Shown here: positions 8,882 through 18,535 of the stretch, piece by piece
Layout of the letters: the number at the start of each line of letters is the position of its first letter
Numbering within the stretch: position 1 is the stretch's first letter
NCBI GenBank assembly: GCA_050257355.1
Contig: JBLMWS010000137.1
Coordinates: 1-63,945, forward strand
Source of the DNA: Gemmatimonas sp.
GTDB taxonomy: Bacteria; Pseudomonadota; Alphaproteobacteria; Rhizobiales; Xanthobacteraceae
Length of the DNA: 63,945 bases
Direction: 5' to 3'
The notes under the pieces: generated by a model
What the model saw: the letters and a program-made list of their open reading frames with translations, nothing else
Told to the model about the DNA's origin: nothing
Databases searched by the model: none
Program-made: the position numbers and the translations under genes

Positions 8882-10372
8882 ATGCTGTTCAGCTCGTTCA
8901 CCTTCCTGTTTCAATTCCTTCCCGCGACGATTCTCGCCTTCGCGGCAGCGCGCCGGCATTCGCCGCGCGCGGGCATTTTGGTCCTGGTGGTCGCGTCATT
9001 GGTCTTTTATGGCGCGTGGCGGCCGATTTATCTGTTGTTGTTTGCTGCATCGGTCGCGGTCAATTTTGGGCTTGGGCTGGCGATGGAGAATCCAGAGCGG
9101 CGTCGCAGGATCGGCATCCTCGGCGTGGCGCTGAACCTCGCGGCACTCGGATTTTTCAAATACGCCGACTTTCTGGTCGACGTCTTGCACGAGGCGACCG
9201 GCGCGTCGTTGCCCCATCCCAGCGTCATTCTTCCGCTCGGCATCTCCTTCTTCACCTTCCAGCAGATTGCCTATCTGGTCGACGTGATGCGCGGTGCGAA
9301 GGTCGAGCGCGACGTCGTCAGCTTCACCCTGTTCGTTGCATTCTTTCCACATCTCATTGCGGGGCCGCTGGTCCATCACGCGGAGATGATTCCGCAATTC
9401 AAGCGCGAGCGCCTCGGCCGTTCTGCGCGACTGGCAGCGCAGGGTTGGGCCATCTTCGTGGCAGGCCTGTTCAAGAAGGTCGTCATCGCCGACAATCTGG
9501 CGCAGTTCGTCAATCCAATCTTCGCCCACGCGGATGCGGGCGGCAGCCTGCCTCCGGAATGGGCTTGGCTCGCGATCCTGGCCTATACGCTCCAGATTTA
9601 TTTCGATTTTTCCGGCTATTCGGACATGGCGATCGGGCTTGCTTTGCTGTTCGGCATTCGCCTGCCAGTCAACTTCCGCTCGCCGTACAAGGCGACATCG
9701 ATCATCGATTTCTGGCGACGCTGGCACATCACGCTGTCGCGATTCCTGCGCGACTATCTCTACATTCCGCTCGGCGGCAACCGGCGTGGGCTGGAGCGGC
9801 GCTATCTCAATTTGATGCTGACGATGCTGCTGGGAGGACTCTGGCACGGTGCAGGGTGGAATTTTCTGATCTGGGGCGGACTGCACGGCCTTTATCTCGT
9901 CGTCAATCATCTCCGGCGCGGCGACAAGTGGAAGCAACCGGCAAGCTTGGTTGGGCAGGCGTCGTCATGGCTGTTGACCTTCCTCGCCGTGGCGGTCGCC
10001 TGGGTGTTCTTTCGCGCGAAGACGCTGGTTGGGGCAGGGCATATGCTTGCGAGCCTCGCAGGGTTCGAGATCATCGGTGCGAGCTACCGTTCGTCCGATA
10101 TCGTTCGCCTGATGGACTTGCCTTTGCTGGTGGGCGAGCAGCGCCTCTTGCTCATCGGCTGGAGTGCAACGGCTCTGGCTCTAGCGATCGCGCTTTTCCT
10201 GCCCAACGTCCCGCAGGTGTTTCGCTATCGCGAATATCGGCACAACCCGGAGCCGGCAGCGTTCATACGCTGGCGGCCCAGCCTTGGCTGGGCCTGGTTG
10301 ATCGCACTGACGTTCGTGGTCTCGCTGTTCGGCATGTGGCAGCGCGTCGAGTTTCTCTATTTTCAATTCTAA
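8882..10372 (+). CDS. MBOAT family O-acyltransferase (AlgI/DltB-like)
   Basis: LPLGISFFTFQ, FFPHLIAGP, QIYFDFSGYSDMAIG, FWRRWHITLS, GLWHGA and terminal FLYFQF. Confidence 0.95.
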   Translation: MLFSSFTFLFQFLPATILAFAAARRHSPRAGILVLVVASLVFYGAWRPIYLLLFAASVAVNFGLGLAMENPERRRRIGILGVALNLAALGFFKYADFLVDVLHEATGASLPHPSVILPLGISFFTFQQIAYLVDVMRGAKVERDVVSFTLFVAFFPHLIAGPLVHHAEMIPQFKRERLGRSARLAAQGWAIFVAGLFKKVVIADNLAQFVNPIFAHADAGGSLPPEWAWLAILAYTLQIYFDFSGYSDMAIGLALLFGIRLPVNFRSPYKATSIIDFWRRWHITLSRFLRDYLYIPLGGNRRGLERRYLNLMLTMLLGGLWHGAGWNFLIWGGLHGLYLVVNHLRRGDKWKQPASLVGQASSWLLTFLAVAVAWVFFRAKTLVGAGHMLASLAGFEIIGASYRSSDIVRLMDLPLLVGEQRLLLIGWSATALALAIALFLPNVPQVFRYREYRHNPEPAAFIRWRPSLGWAWLIALTFVVSLFGMWQRVEFLYFQF

Positions 10373-10387
10373 CCGCAGGAAACGGCA

Positions 10388-11632
10388 GTGCCCCAGAGAA
10401 GTGCGATCGTTCTCGGTGCCGGAATGGTCGGCGTGGCCACGGCGGTGCATCTGCAGCGCCGGGGCTGGTCGGTCACGCTCGTCGACCGCAAGCCGCCCGG
10501 CCGGGAGACGAGCTATGGCAATGCGGGAATCATCCAGAGCGAAGCGCTGCGGCCCTATCCGATGCCGCGCGACTGGCGCTCCCTGCTGCGGATTGCGACC
10601 GGCCGCACCAACGACGTGCGCTACCGGGCGACGACGCTGCCGCAGCATGTTCGCCCGCTGCTCAGCTATTGGTGGCATTCTGCGCCGAAGCGGCACGACC
10701 TCGTTTCGGCCGCCTATGCCGAGATCATTGCAAGCGCCGCCCCGGAGCATGGCGCTCTGATCGGCGAGGCCGGCGCTTCCGAACTGGTGCGCCATGACGG
10801 CTTTCGCGTTCTCTTCCGCGAGCAGGCCGCGTTCGACGCCGAGGCAGCGGCGGCCGAAGCGCTGCGCACCGCCCATGGCGTGCAATTCACGATGCTGACG
10901 CCGCAGCAGTTCAAGCAGGCCGAGCCGGGCCTGCGCGATGCCGGCCTCGGCGGCCTGCATTGGCTGGAGCCATCGACGGTCTCCGATCCCGGCGGGCTCG
11001 TCGAAGCCTATGCCAGGCTGTTCGAACGTCTGGGCGGGACGATCGCGCGCGGTGATGCCGCAAGCTTGAGCGAGCGCAATGGAGGCTGGTCGGTCACAGG
11101 CAGCGATGGTCGCATCGATGCCGAAGCGGCGGTCGTGGCACTCGGGCCGTGGTCGCCCGATCTCTTGAACAAGTTCGGCTACCGGATTCCCATGGTGCGC
11201 AAGCGCGGTTATCACCGGCACTATGCCGGCGGTAGTGCCCTCGAATTGCCGCTGCGCGATGCGGCCTGCGGTTACGTCATGGCCCCGATGCGAAGGGGCC
11301 TGCGCATCACCACCGGAGCTGAACTGGCGATGCCCGACGACAAGCCCGACGCGGTGCAGCTTGCACGCGCAGAGCAGGCGGCGCGCGAGATCATCGACCT
11401 GGGGCAGCCGGTCGAGGCCGAGCCATGGTTCGGCACCCGGCCCTGCATGCCCGACATGCTGCCCGTCGTGGGACGCGCTCCGCGCCACAAGGGACTGTGG
11501 CTGCATTTCGGACACGGCCATCAGGGTTTTACGCTGGGGCCGGTGACCGGGCGCGTACTGGCCGAACTGATGAGCGGTGAGACGCCGAATCTCGATCCGT
11601 CGCCCTATCGAGCCGAGCGCTTCACGACATGA
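10388..11632 (+). CDS. FAD-dependent oxidoreductase, D-amino acid dehydrogenase (DadA-like)
   Basis: GAGMVG Rossmann motif, ETSYGNAG, GTRPCMPD, GHGHQGFTLGP; GTG start. Confidence 0.9.
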   Translation: MPQRSAIVLGAGMVGVATAVHLQRRGWSVTLVDRKPPGRETSYGNAGIIQSEALRPYPMPRDWRSLLRIATGRTNDVRYRATTLPQHVRPLLSYWWHSAPKRHDLVSAAYAEIIASAAPEHGALIGEAGASELVRHDGFRVLFREQAAFDAEAAAAEALRTAHGVQFTMLTPQQFKQAEPGLRDAGLGGLHWLEPSTVSDPGGLVEAYARLFERLGGTIARGDAASLSERNGGWSVTGSDGRIDAEAAVVALGPWSPDLLNKFGYRIPMVRKRGYHRHYAGGSALELPLRDAACGYVMAPMRRGLRITTGAELAMPDDKPDAVQLARAEQAAREIIDLGQPVEAEPWFGTRPCMPDMLPVVGRAPRHKGLWLHFGHGHQGFTLGPVTGRVLAELMSGETPNLDPSPYRAERFTT

Positions 11633-11702
11633 GCGGCCGAGGCGCCGGCCATGTCGCTTTTGCGACAATGCTCGTTGGCGGCTGAGTGCGGCTGTTGCGA
11701 GG

Positions 11703-13037
11703 TCATCGAATTGGCTGCGGACGCTTCTTCAAGCTCGCCAACTTCACCGCGCGGCGCGGCGCGGCTTTCTCAGCACGCGGCGGCAGTTTCGGCTCGACCT
11801 TCACGCCGTGGGCGAGGTGCTTGCGGGCGCGGGCAAACGCGCCGCGCGCCGTATGCGCCGGCTTTCGCGCAGTGCGAGCCGTTGGAGCCGGTGTTGGCTC
11901 ACCGACAACCGGTGTGTCGGCGCGCGCAACGGCTGTGAGGGGCGCCTCGGCTTTTTCAGGCGTCTCGAACAAGCTCGCCGATGGTGCCGGCAAGGTCGAG
12001 CCCGCGTTGCTCGTCAACTGCGTTGCCGGGCTCGGCCAATTGGTCGCCTCGATCGGTCGTTTGACGCGGGCGAACCGTTCTCCGCTCAGCAGCAGCTTGC
12101 CATCGGGCGTGCTGAAATCCGCCGCCGGCGTCTTGAACAGGCGTTCCGCCTCACTGAAGACGAAGGTCGGCAGCTTTGGCCGCTCCGCAACCGGCATGGT
12201 TTCAGGATGCATGCGCCAGTCCTCCGGCTGCGTCGGTGTCGCCGGCCGGTCTGGCGTTGCCGGCACAACGTGCACGATATGGTAGCCGCGCACCTTCATC
12301 TCATGCAGGATTTTCGGCAATGCTGCGACCGTGCGGGCCTGGATGTCGTGAAGCAGCAGGATGCCCTTGTGCTTTTCCTCCAGGCGTTTGATCGCGAGTT
12401 CATAGACCCGCTCCGAGGAGATGTGCCGCCAGTCGTCGGCGACGAAATCCGCGCTCCAGACCTGGATGCCCTTGGACGCGAGATAGTCTTCAACATTCTT
12501 CGCGCGTAGCAGGCCAGGAACACGGAAGAACGGTGCAAGCGCGCTCGGGTCGGGCAGCGCGGCCGTGACAGAGGCAATGCCGTCATCGACCTCTTGCTTG
12601 ACGCGATCGTCAGGCATCTTCTCGAAGGTCAGGGGATGATCCTGGCTGTGCGTCCCGAAACTGTGGCCCGCCGCCGCCACCTTGCGCACGCCGTCGGGGA
12701 ACGCGCGCGCCTGCTGGCCGACCAGGAAGAACGTGGCTTTCACGCAATTGTCGGCCAGTATCTGCAGAACCTTGTTGCTGTTGCGCGGGACCGGTCCGTC
12801 GTCGAATGTCAGCACCACCTCGTGATCGCGCAGCGGCAGCGTCTCCGGATATTGCATGGTTCCGATGCGCGGATGCTCGCGCGGGTCGACGACAATGGTC
12901 CGCTCGGTGCCGATCGCATCGGGATGGCCGGGACATTCGGCAGCGGCGGCGGCTTGCAGGGGCAGAAAGCCCACGCCGGCGCACAGCACGGCGGCCCAAG
13001 CCCCAATCCGGAGGCCAAACAAATCCCTACTAACCAT
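11703..13037 (-). CDS. exported polysaccharide deacetylase (NodB/CE4) with low-complexity C-tail
   Basis: Signal peptide; TFDDGP, HSQDH, FFRVPG, LLHD. Confidence 0.92.
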   Translation of the reverse strand: MVSRDLFGLRIGAWAAVLCAGVGFLPLQAAAAAECPGHPDAIGTERTIVVDPREHPRIGTMQYPETLPLRDHEVVLTFDDGPVPRNSNKVLQILADNCVKATFFLVGQQARAFPDGVRKVAAAGHSFGTHSQDHPLTFEKMPDDRVKQEVDDGIASVTAALPDPSALAPFFRVPGLLRAKNVEDYLASKGIQVWSADFVADDWRHISSERVYELAIKRLEEKHKGILLLHDIQARTVAALPKILHEMKVRGYHIVHVVPATPDRPATPTQPEDWRMHPETMPVAERPKLPTFVFSEAERLFKTPAADFSTPDGKLLLSGERFARVKRPIEATNWPSPATQLTSNAGSTLPAPSASLFETPEKAEAPLTAVARADTPVVGEPTPAPTARTARKPAHTARGAFARARKHLAHGVKVEPKLPPRAEKAAPRRAVKLASLKKRPQPIR

Positions 13038-13090
13038 AACGCACCGTCCGTATTACAAAGGGCAAATATCAATCAATGCACGCCGTGGGA

Positions 13091-13105
13091 TGAACACAGC
13101 ATTAA
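13091..13105. promoter_or_regulatory. near-consensus CtrA box
   Basis: TGAA-N7-TTAA (TTAA-N7-TTCA on the minus strand), about 55 nt upstream of the deacetylase start. Confidence 0.4.
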
Positions 13106-13131
13106 TCGCTTGGTTTCACAAAAATGTCAGA

Positions 13132-13992
13132 TCAGGGCGCTCCCGTCATGTCAACGGCGGGTGCTTTCTCGGCGCCCTTAGGCACGACCTGCACCACGTG
13201 GTAATCATGCTCTCTGAGGAAGCGCAGGAACGCCGGCAGCATCGCGGCGGTCCTCGCCTTGGTGTCGTGCAAAAGAATGATGCCCTTGCCGGCCGCGGTG
13301 AGCCGCCGGGTCAGCAGGTCCAATTCCTGCTTCGGCGTCATCGTTTCCTGCCAATCGCTGGCCCAAAGATCGGCTCCGAACACGGCGATGCCCCGCGATT
13401 GCAGGAGATCGAGGAGTTCGGGGGTCGACTCGAAGCCGGGAAAGCGGAAAAACGGCGTCGATGGCGTCGTGGTCGCGACGCCGTGAAGGGCTTTTTCGTC
13501 GGCGGCAATGCCGCGATCGATCTGGGCCACAGCCGCGTCGGGCGGGATGCGCTTGAGACTCGGATGCGACCACGTGTGATGGCCGATCATGTGACCCTCT
13601 GCGGCAATTCGTTTCACCAGATCCGGATGTTCGGAGGCCGACTGGCCGATTAGGAAGAAGGTCGCATGCACGCATTCCTGCGCCAGAGCCGTTAGCACTT
13701 TGGCCGTGGTCGGCGGCCACGGGCCATCGTCAAAGGTCAGCACGACTTCCTTGTCGCGCAAGGGCAGGCTCTGGGGAAAGCTCTTCAGCCCCACCCGCGG
13801 GAAAGTTGCGGCATCGACCTCAAGAAGCCGCGAGGTCCCGAGCGTACCCTTGCGCGGGCAAGCCGCATCTTGTGGCCGCGCGGCGGCAGCGGAGACCGCC
13901 GCCAGCGCGACGAGAGCAGCAATCAGCGCAGCGAGCGGACTCGTCCGGCGGTTCGCAGAGGCCGTGCTTGATTGGGCGAGGAAACAATGCAT
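13132..13992 (-). CDS. exported polysaccharide deacetylase (NodB/CE4)
   Basis: TFDDGP, HTWSH, FFRFPG, LLHD; signal-like Ala-rich N-terminus. Confidence 0.92.
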   Translation of the reverse strand: MHCFLAQSSTASANRRTSPLAALIAALVALAAVSAAAARPQDAACPRKGTLGTSRLLEVDAATFPRVGLKSFPQSLPLRDKEVVLTFDDGPWPPTTAKVLTALAQECVHATFFLIGQSASEHPDLVKRIAAEGHMIGHHTWSHPSLKRIPPDAAVAQIDRGIAADEKALHGVATTTPSTPFFRFPGFESTPELLDLLQSRGIAVFGADLWASDWQETMTPKQELDLLTRRLTAAGKGIILLHDTKARTAAMLPAFLRFLREHDYHVVQVVPKGAEKAPAVDMTGAP

Positions 13993-14045
13993 GTGAGCAA
14001 CATGCTCAAGGCCACAGAGTTTGTTCTGTCAAACCTTCGTTATCG

Positions 14046-14061
14046 TTAATCCCGCCTTAAC
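14046..14061. promoter_or_regulatory. CtrA box
   Basis: Perfect TTAA-TCCCGCC-TTAAC in a divergent intergenic region. Confidence 0.65.
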
Positions 14062-14147
14062 GCCCTTGACCGATCGTCTTTTCCGGGCGCGCTGGGGCAT
14101 CCGATCTTGATGAATGGACGCGCGCAAGATCATGCGCGAGGTTGGGC

Positions 14148-14447
14148 ATGCAACGGTTTCGGCTGAAGGCAGATGGACGCATTGTCGAGTTGCGCGACGG
14201 GCAGGAATTTCCGCTTGTGCCGGACATGTCGAGCGGGCGTTCGGAAGCCGCAATACCGGAAGTGCGCGATCTGCGCCGGCGGGCGAGGCTCACCCAGCAG
14301 GAATTCGCCGCCAAGGTCGGTGTTCCCGTCGAGACGATCCGGAATTGGGAGCAGGGAAAGCGCATGCCGCGCGGGCCGGCGCGAGCGCTGCTCGCAGTGA
14401 TCGCGCATGCGCCGGATACGGTGTTTGCGGCCTTGGCGAAAAGTTGA
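14148..14447 (+). CDS. XRE-family HTH protein
   Basis: LRRRARLTQQEFAAKVGVPVETIRNWEQGKRMPRGPARALL. Confidence 0.88.
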   Translation: MQRFRLKADGRIVELRDGQEFPLVPDMSSGRSEAAIPEVRDLRRRARLTQQEFAAKVGVPVETIRNWEQGKRMPRGPARALLAVIAHAPDTVFAALAKS

Positions 14448-14545
14448 TGGCGTGAAAGCGCGGCCGACGGACCTGACCCAGGCAGCTGGTTGGCAGCACC
14501 CTGCTTGCGGGACATAATGACGGCGCCATCGAACAGAGTTCCGTC

Positions 14546-15364
14546 ATGCAATTTGTCGAAGCCAACGGCGCCAGAATTCCGGCCATCGGACTTGGCACCT
14601 GGGAGCTGCGCGGACGCGCCTGCGCGCGCGTCGTCGAACAGGCGCTCAAGTTGGGATATCGCCATGTCGACACTGCGCAGGTCTACGAGAACGAACGCGA
14701 GGTCGGCGAAGGCTTGCGCGCCTCGGGCGTGAAGCGCGACGACGTGTTCGTCACCACCAAGATCTGGACCAATCACTTCGCGCCGAACGACCTCGAACGC
14801 TCGGTCAAGGAAAGCCTCGTCAAGCTGAGACAATCCCATGTCGACCTGCTGCTGCTGCACTGGCCCAACCCGCACGTTCCCTTGGCCGAGACGCTGGCGG
14901 CTCTGGCGCATGCCAAACAACTCGGGCTCACCCGGCACATCGGCGTGTCCAATTTCACGGTGGCCTTGATCGAGGAGGCGGTGAAGGCCTGTCCCGAGCC
15001 CCTGGTATGCGACCAGGTCGAATACCATCCCTATCTGGACCAGTCCAAAGTCAAGCTTGCCTGCGCGCAAGCGGGAATGGCGTTGGTCGCCTACAGCCCG
15101 ATTGCCAAGGGCAGGATCAAGAACGACCCGATCCTGCTGGAGATCGGACGCGTCCATGGCAAGACACCCGCCCAGATCTGCCTGCGTTGGCTGATTCAAC
15201 AGAACGTATCGGCGATACCACGCACCTCCCGCATCGAGCGGCTGTCGGAGAATATCGACATTTTCGATTTCGCTCTTTCCGACGAGGACATGGGCCGGAT
15301 CTTCTCGCTTGCGAGCCCGACGGGCCGCATAACCGACTTTGGATTTGCACCGAAATGGGATTGA
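14546..15364 (+). CDS. aldo/keto reductase (DkgB-like)
   Basis: GLGTW, DTAQVY, TTKIW, LLHWP, IGVSNF, AYSP. Confidence 0.95.
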   Translation: MQFVEANGARIPAIGLGTWELRGRACARVVEQALKLGYRHVDTAQVYENEREVGEGLRASGVKRDDVFVTTKIWTNHFAPNDLERSVKESLVKLRQSHVDLLLLHWPNPHVPLAETLAALAHAKQLGLTRHIGVSNFTVALIEEAVKACPEPLVCDQVEYHPYLDQSKVKLACAQAGMALVAYSPIAKGRIKNDPILLEIGRVHGKTPAQICLRWLIQQNVSAIPRTSRIERLSENIDIFDFALSDEDMGRIFSLASPTGRITDFGFAPKWD

Positions 15365-15424
15365 GGCTGCCGCCGCTACCGCTATGCTGGAGGCGGGGAC
15401 GGCGATCAATTCGGTCGAAACAGG

Positions 15425-16249
15425 ATGGACGTTCGGCAGCTCATACGGCCGGGCATTGCGGCATCGATAATTGTGCATCTCACCGGGCTTGCACTGATCT
15501 TGCTGTTCAGCGAGGTGCATCCGTTCGGCACGGTCACGGCACGGCCGATCGCGGTCGATTTGGTGACGGCGAAGGAGGCTCCGAAGCCGCCGAAGCCCAA
15601 GCAAAAGCAAGAACTGCAACTGCCGAAGCCCGATATCACCGACGCTGCGGAGCCGGCGCCGACTCCTGCAACGCCGGCCCCATCCCAGCAAAGCCAACCC
15701 TCCAAGGACCAGAGCGCGGACGCGCAGCCGCAATCCGCGCCCGAGCCGGCGGCTGCGACCTCGCCGCCAGCGCCGGCTTCACCACCAGCGGCAGCAGCAT
15801 CGGCACCGCCGGCCTATACGCCGCCCGAGCCTGACCTCACCGTCAAATATCACGTCATGCTCGGTCTGCCGGAAGCGCTGCCACCTGCGGGCACGTCCAT
15901 CGACAAATCGGGCGATGGTATCGACGCCAACGCATCCTCCGCGGCCAATGTCCCGGCAAGCGTGGTGGCGGCGTTCCGGCAGCACTTGAAGGCCTGCTCG
16001 AAGCTGCCTGCGTCGGTGGCGCGTTCGGATAACGTCATGATCAAGCTGCGCGTCGTGATGACGCCGCAGGGACGGCTGGCGGCCGATCCGATTCTGATCG
16101 AGGGCACCGCATCCATGAAAGGGCTGGAGCTGAAACAGAGCGCGGTCCAGGCGCTGCGCGCCTGCCAGCCCTATGACATGCTGCCTCCCGACCGCTACCG
16201 CGAATGGAAGGTGCTCGATCTCGCCTTCACCCCGCAGGACTTTGTCTAG
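15425..16249 (+). CDS. TolA/TonB-like envelope protein
   Basis: N-terminal TM with SxxxH, Pro/Ala-rich linker, and TolA-type C-terminus A.RACQPY..LP...Y.EWK...L.F.P. Confidence 0.75.
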   Translation: MDVRQLIRPGIAASIIVHLTGLALILLFSEVHPFGTVTARPIAVDLVTAKEAPKPPKPKQKQELQLPKPDITDAAEPAPTPATPAPSQQSQPSKDQSADAQPQSAPEPAAATSPPAPASPPAAAASAPPAYTPPEPDLTVKYHVMLGLPEALPPAGTSIDKSGDGIDANASSAANVPASVVAAFRQHLKACSKLPASVARSDNVMIKLRVVMTPQGRLAADPILIEGTASMKGLELKQSAVQALRACQPYDMLPPDRYREWKVLDLAFTPQDFV

Positions 16250-16415
16250 TGTCGTGGTTCAGAAATTCGCACCATCGTTGCCGCGAGTCCGTCGTGCGCG
16301 AATTTCTGAACCATACACGACCCTAGAATCATAAGCTTGCTAGTGTCCTTATCGAATCCGAAGTTCGCTCCGAAGGTGCTGCGAAGTAGGGCGAACTTCG
16401 GATTCGGGACACTAG
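16246..16415. repeat. ~170-bp CTAG-bounded double-hairpin element (RIME/MITE-like), copy 1
   Basis: Near-identical to 63372..63539; ends CTAGTGTC...GACACTAG; two 16-bp perfect stems. Confidence 0.9.
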
Positions 16416-17098
16416 TCGGCGCCCATCGCCCGCCAGGCGTTGGAGGCGAACTGCCGGCGCCAGGTCACGACGACGACGGCAGTGGTGGTCATGAACAAGA
16501 CGTAAGGGCTGATGAACCAGCCGAGATAGCCGAGGGCGAAGAAGAATGCGCGCTGGCCGCGGTTGAAGTGCCTGCCGGCAGCTTCGAACAGGCGAGCGGT
16601 GCGGACCACGTGCGCCTCCGCCTCCGGCGTGTCGCGCTGGGACGCCGGCGGCATGGCGCCAAACAGAATCGCCACATAATTGAACAGGCGGTACGCCCAG
16701 GCAAATTTGAAGAAAGCATAGACGCAGATCAGCACCAGGCCGACACATTTGACCTCCCACAGATGTGCGGAGGGGCTGAGGTCGACCGGTAGCCTCTTCA
16801 GCACGGTGGCTGCGTCGGTGCCGGCGCGCAACAGCGCGAGCGAGCCGCCGATGGCAAACAGGCTGGTGGAGGCGAAGAAGGCGGTGCCGTTTTGCAACGA
16901 GCCCATGATCTGCATGTCGAGCATGCGCGCATCGCGATCGAGCAGGCGGCGCACCCAGACCTCGCGATAGACGTTCATTCGGGCCGACAGGCTGTCGCGG
17001 CCATAGGCGGTGTGCTCGAGAGTGACGGCGTAAACCAGCCATTCCAGAATGAAGAAGACGACGGCCAGGATATCGGCCATGTATGAAGAAGATGCCAT
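16412..17098 (-). CDS. DUF599 family membrane protein
   Basis: SLSARMN.YR..W, LQNGTAFFASTS, HFNRGQRAFFF. Confidence 0.85.
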   Translation of the reverse strand: MASSSYMADILAVVFFILEWLVYAVTLEHTAYGRDSLSARMNVYREVWVRRLLDRDARMLDMQIMGSLQNGTAFFASTSLFAIGGSLALLRAGTDAATVLKRLPVDLSPSAHLWEVKCVGLVLICVYAFFKFAWAYRLFNYVAILFGAMPPASQRDTPEAEAHVVRTARLFEAAGRHFNRGQRAFFFALGYLGWFISPYVLFMTTTAVVVVTWRRQFASNAWRAMGAD

Positions 17099-17179
17099 GG
17101 TGCAGCCCCCGCGCCAAAATGGTAAAGCGCGTCAGCGCCCCGCTGGGGACGATGATACGCCAAAAAGGATTCGTTCGGG

Positions 17180-17836
17180 ATGACCTTGACCCTCGTGATC
17201 GGCAACAAGAACTATTCCTCATGGTCGATGCGGCCGTGGCTTGCCATGCGCGCCAGCAACATTGCCTTCGAGGAGGTCTTTGTACCGCTCTACACAGGCC
17301 CGGCCGACAAGCAGCGCATTCTCCAATTCTCGCACGCGGGCAAGGTGCCGGTACTGGTCGACGGCGACGTGACGGTGTGGGATTCGCTTGCCATTATCGA
17401 ATATCTGGCGGAGCGCTTTCCCGACGCAAAACTATGGCCGGCAGAGCGAGCCGCGCGCGCGCATGCGCGCTCGATTTCGGCGGAGATGCATTCGGGTTTC
17501 GCAGCGTTGCGCAACGAATGCGGGATGAACCTGCACCGGCCGGTCGGTCCCGTTCCCTTGTCGGCGGACGGGAAGGCCGACATCGCGCGGGTGCAAGAGA
17601 TCTGGCGCGACTGCCGCGTCCGTTACGGCGGCGGTGGTCCATTCCTGTTCGGCGCGTTCAGCGGCGCGGACGCGATGTATGCGCCGGTGGTCCATCGCTT
17701 TCGTACCTATGCAATCGAGGTGGGGCCGGAGGTGAAGTCCTATATGGAGACGATGATGGCGCTGCCCGCGTTTCGCGAATGGACCGAGGCGGGGCTCGCC
17801 GAAACGCTAGTCATCGAAAAATTCGAGAACGTCTAA
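17180..17836 (+). CDS. glutathione S-transferase family protein
   Basis: IGNKNYSSWSMRPW, GKVPVL, WDSLAIIEYL, SAEMHSGF. Confidence 0.95.
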   Translation: MTLTLVIGNKNYSSWSMRPWLAMRASNIAFEEVFVPLYTGPADKQRILQFSHAGKVPVLVDGDVTVWDSLAIIEYLAERFPDAKLWPAERAARAHARSISAEMHSGFAALRNECGMNLHRPVGPVPLSADGKADIARVQEIWRDCRVRYGGGGPFLFGAFSGADAMYAPVVHRFRTYAIEVGPEVKSYMETMMALPAFREWTEAGLAETLVIEKFENV

Positions 17837-17938
17837 AAGGCACGGCAACGACAATGTGAGGGCGTTGGCGGCTTGACGACAAGCTGCCAACGCGCCTCAA
17901 TCGGAGCTTCTGCAGGGCTTCTCACAGAGGTAATCGCG

Positions 17939-18307
17939 ATGGGTATTTTCGATTCACTGGAAAATTCGCCCGCGTTCAAAAGCGTGCTTGGTCAACTCGG
18001 CGCTGCGGTACTGCCGGTCGTGATGGGCGAGGTCCTTGGCACGGGCGGCCAGGGCGGGCTCAACGCGATCGTCGCCAAACTGCAGCAGGCCGGTTTCGGC
18101 GATCAGGTCAAATCCTGGATCGGCACGGGCCAGAATCTTCCCATCACGGCTGATGAGGTCAAACAGGTCCTGGGTAGCGATGCCGTGCGGCAGATCGCCG
18201 CCAAGTACAACATTCCGATCGATCAGGTCTCCGAGGTGCTGGCGCATCAACTGCCGGTAGCCGTAGACCGCGCCAGCCCCGACGGGAAGCTGCCGCCTGC
18301 CGCGTAA
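17939..18307 (+). CDS. YidB (DUF937) family protein
   Basis: GGL..IV.KLQQAG.GDQVKSWIGTGQNLPI, LP.AVD..SPDG.LP. Confidence 0.88.
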   Translation: MGIFDSLENSPAFKSVLGQLGAAVLPVVMGEVLGTGGQGGLNAIVAKLQQAGFGDQVKSWIGTGQNLPITADEVKQVLGSDAVRQIAAKYNIPIDQVSEVLAHQLPVAVDRASPDGKLPPAA

Positions 18308-18535
18308 GACGGCGCGATCAGCCGGCCGCCGAGCCCCCTTGGAGCCGGTCGCCGCGAGCCGCCGCTTAACCTTTTATCATCCTGAAAAAATTGCGAAATT
18401 TGCGGATTTGCCATGCCGCCATGAAGCTGGCCATTTCGTCACGGTGCGTGCTATACACGCGCCCGATAACCCAGCCGGCCGGCGCAGCGGGACCGCGGGC
18501 AGCGGGCCGGTATGGTGGTGTGATGGAGAAGGGCG

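Noticed and set aside
8686-10797. 703-aa same-strand alternative-frame ORF over the MBOAT gene
   Set aside because: Arg/Ala/Gly-rich frame artefact of high GC; the MBOAT frame carries all the conserved motifs.
14148-14447. XRE HTH as a HigA-like antitoxin of a TA pair
   Set aside because: No adjacent toxin ORF; treated as a stand-alone regulator.
16246-16415. Palindromic repeats as a possible CRISPR array
   Set aside because: No regularly spaced direct repeats with unique spacers, and no cas genes.
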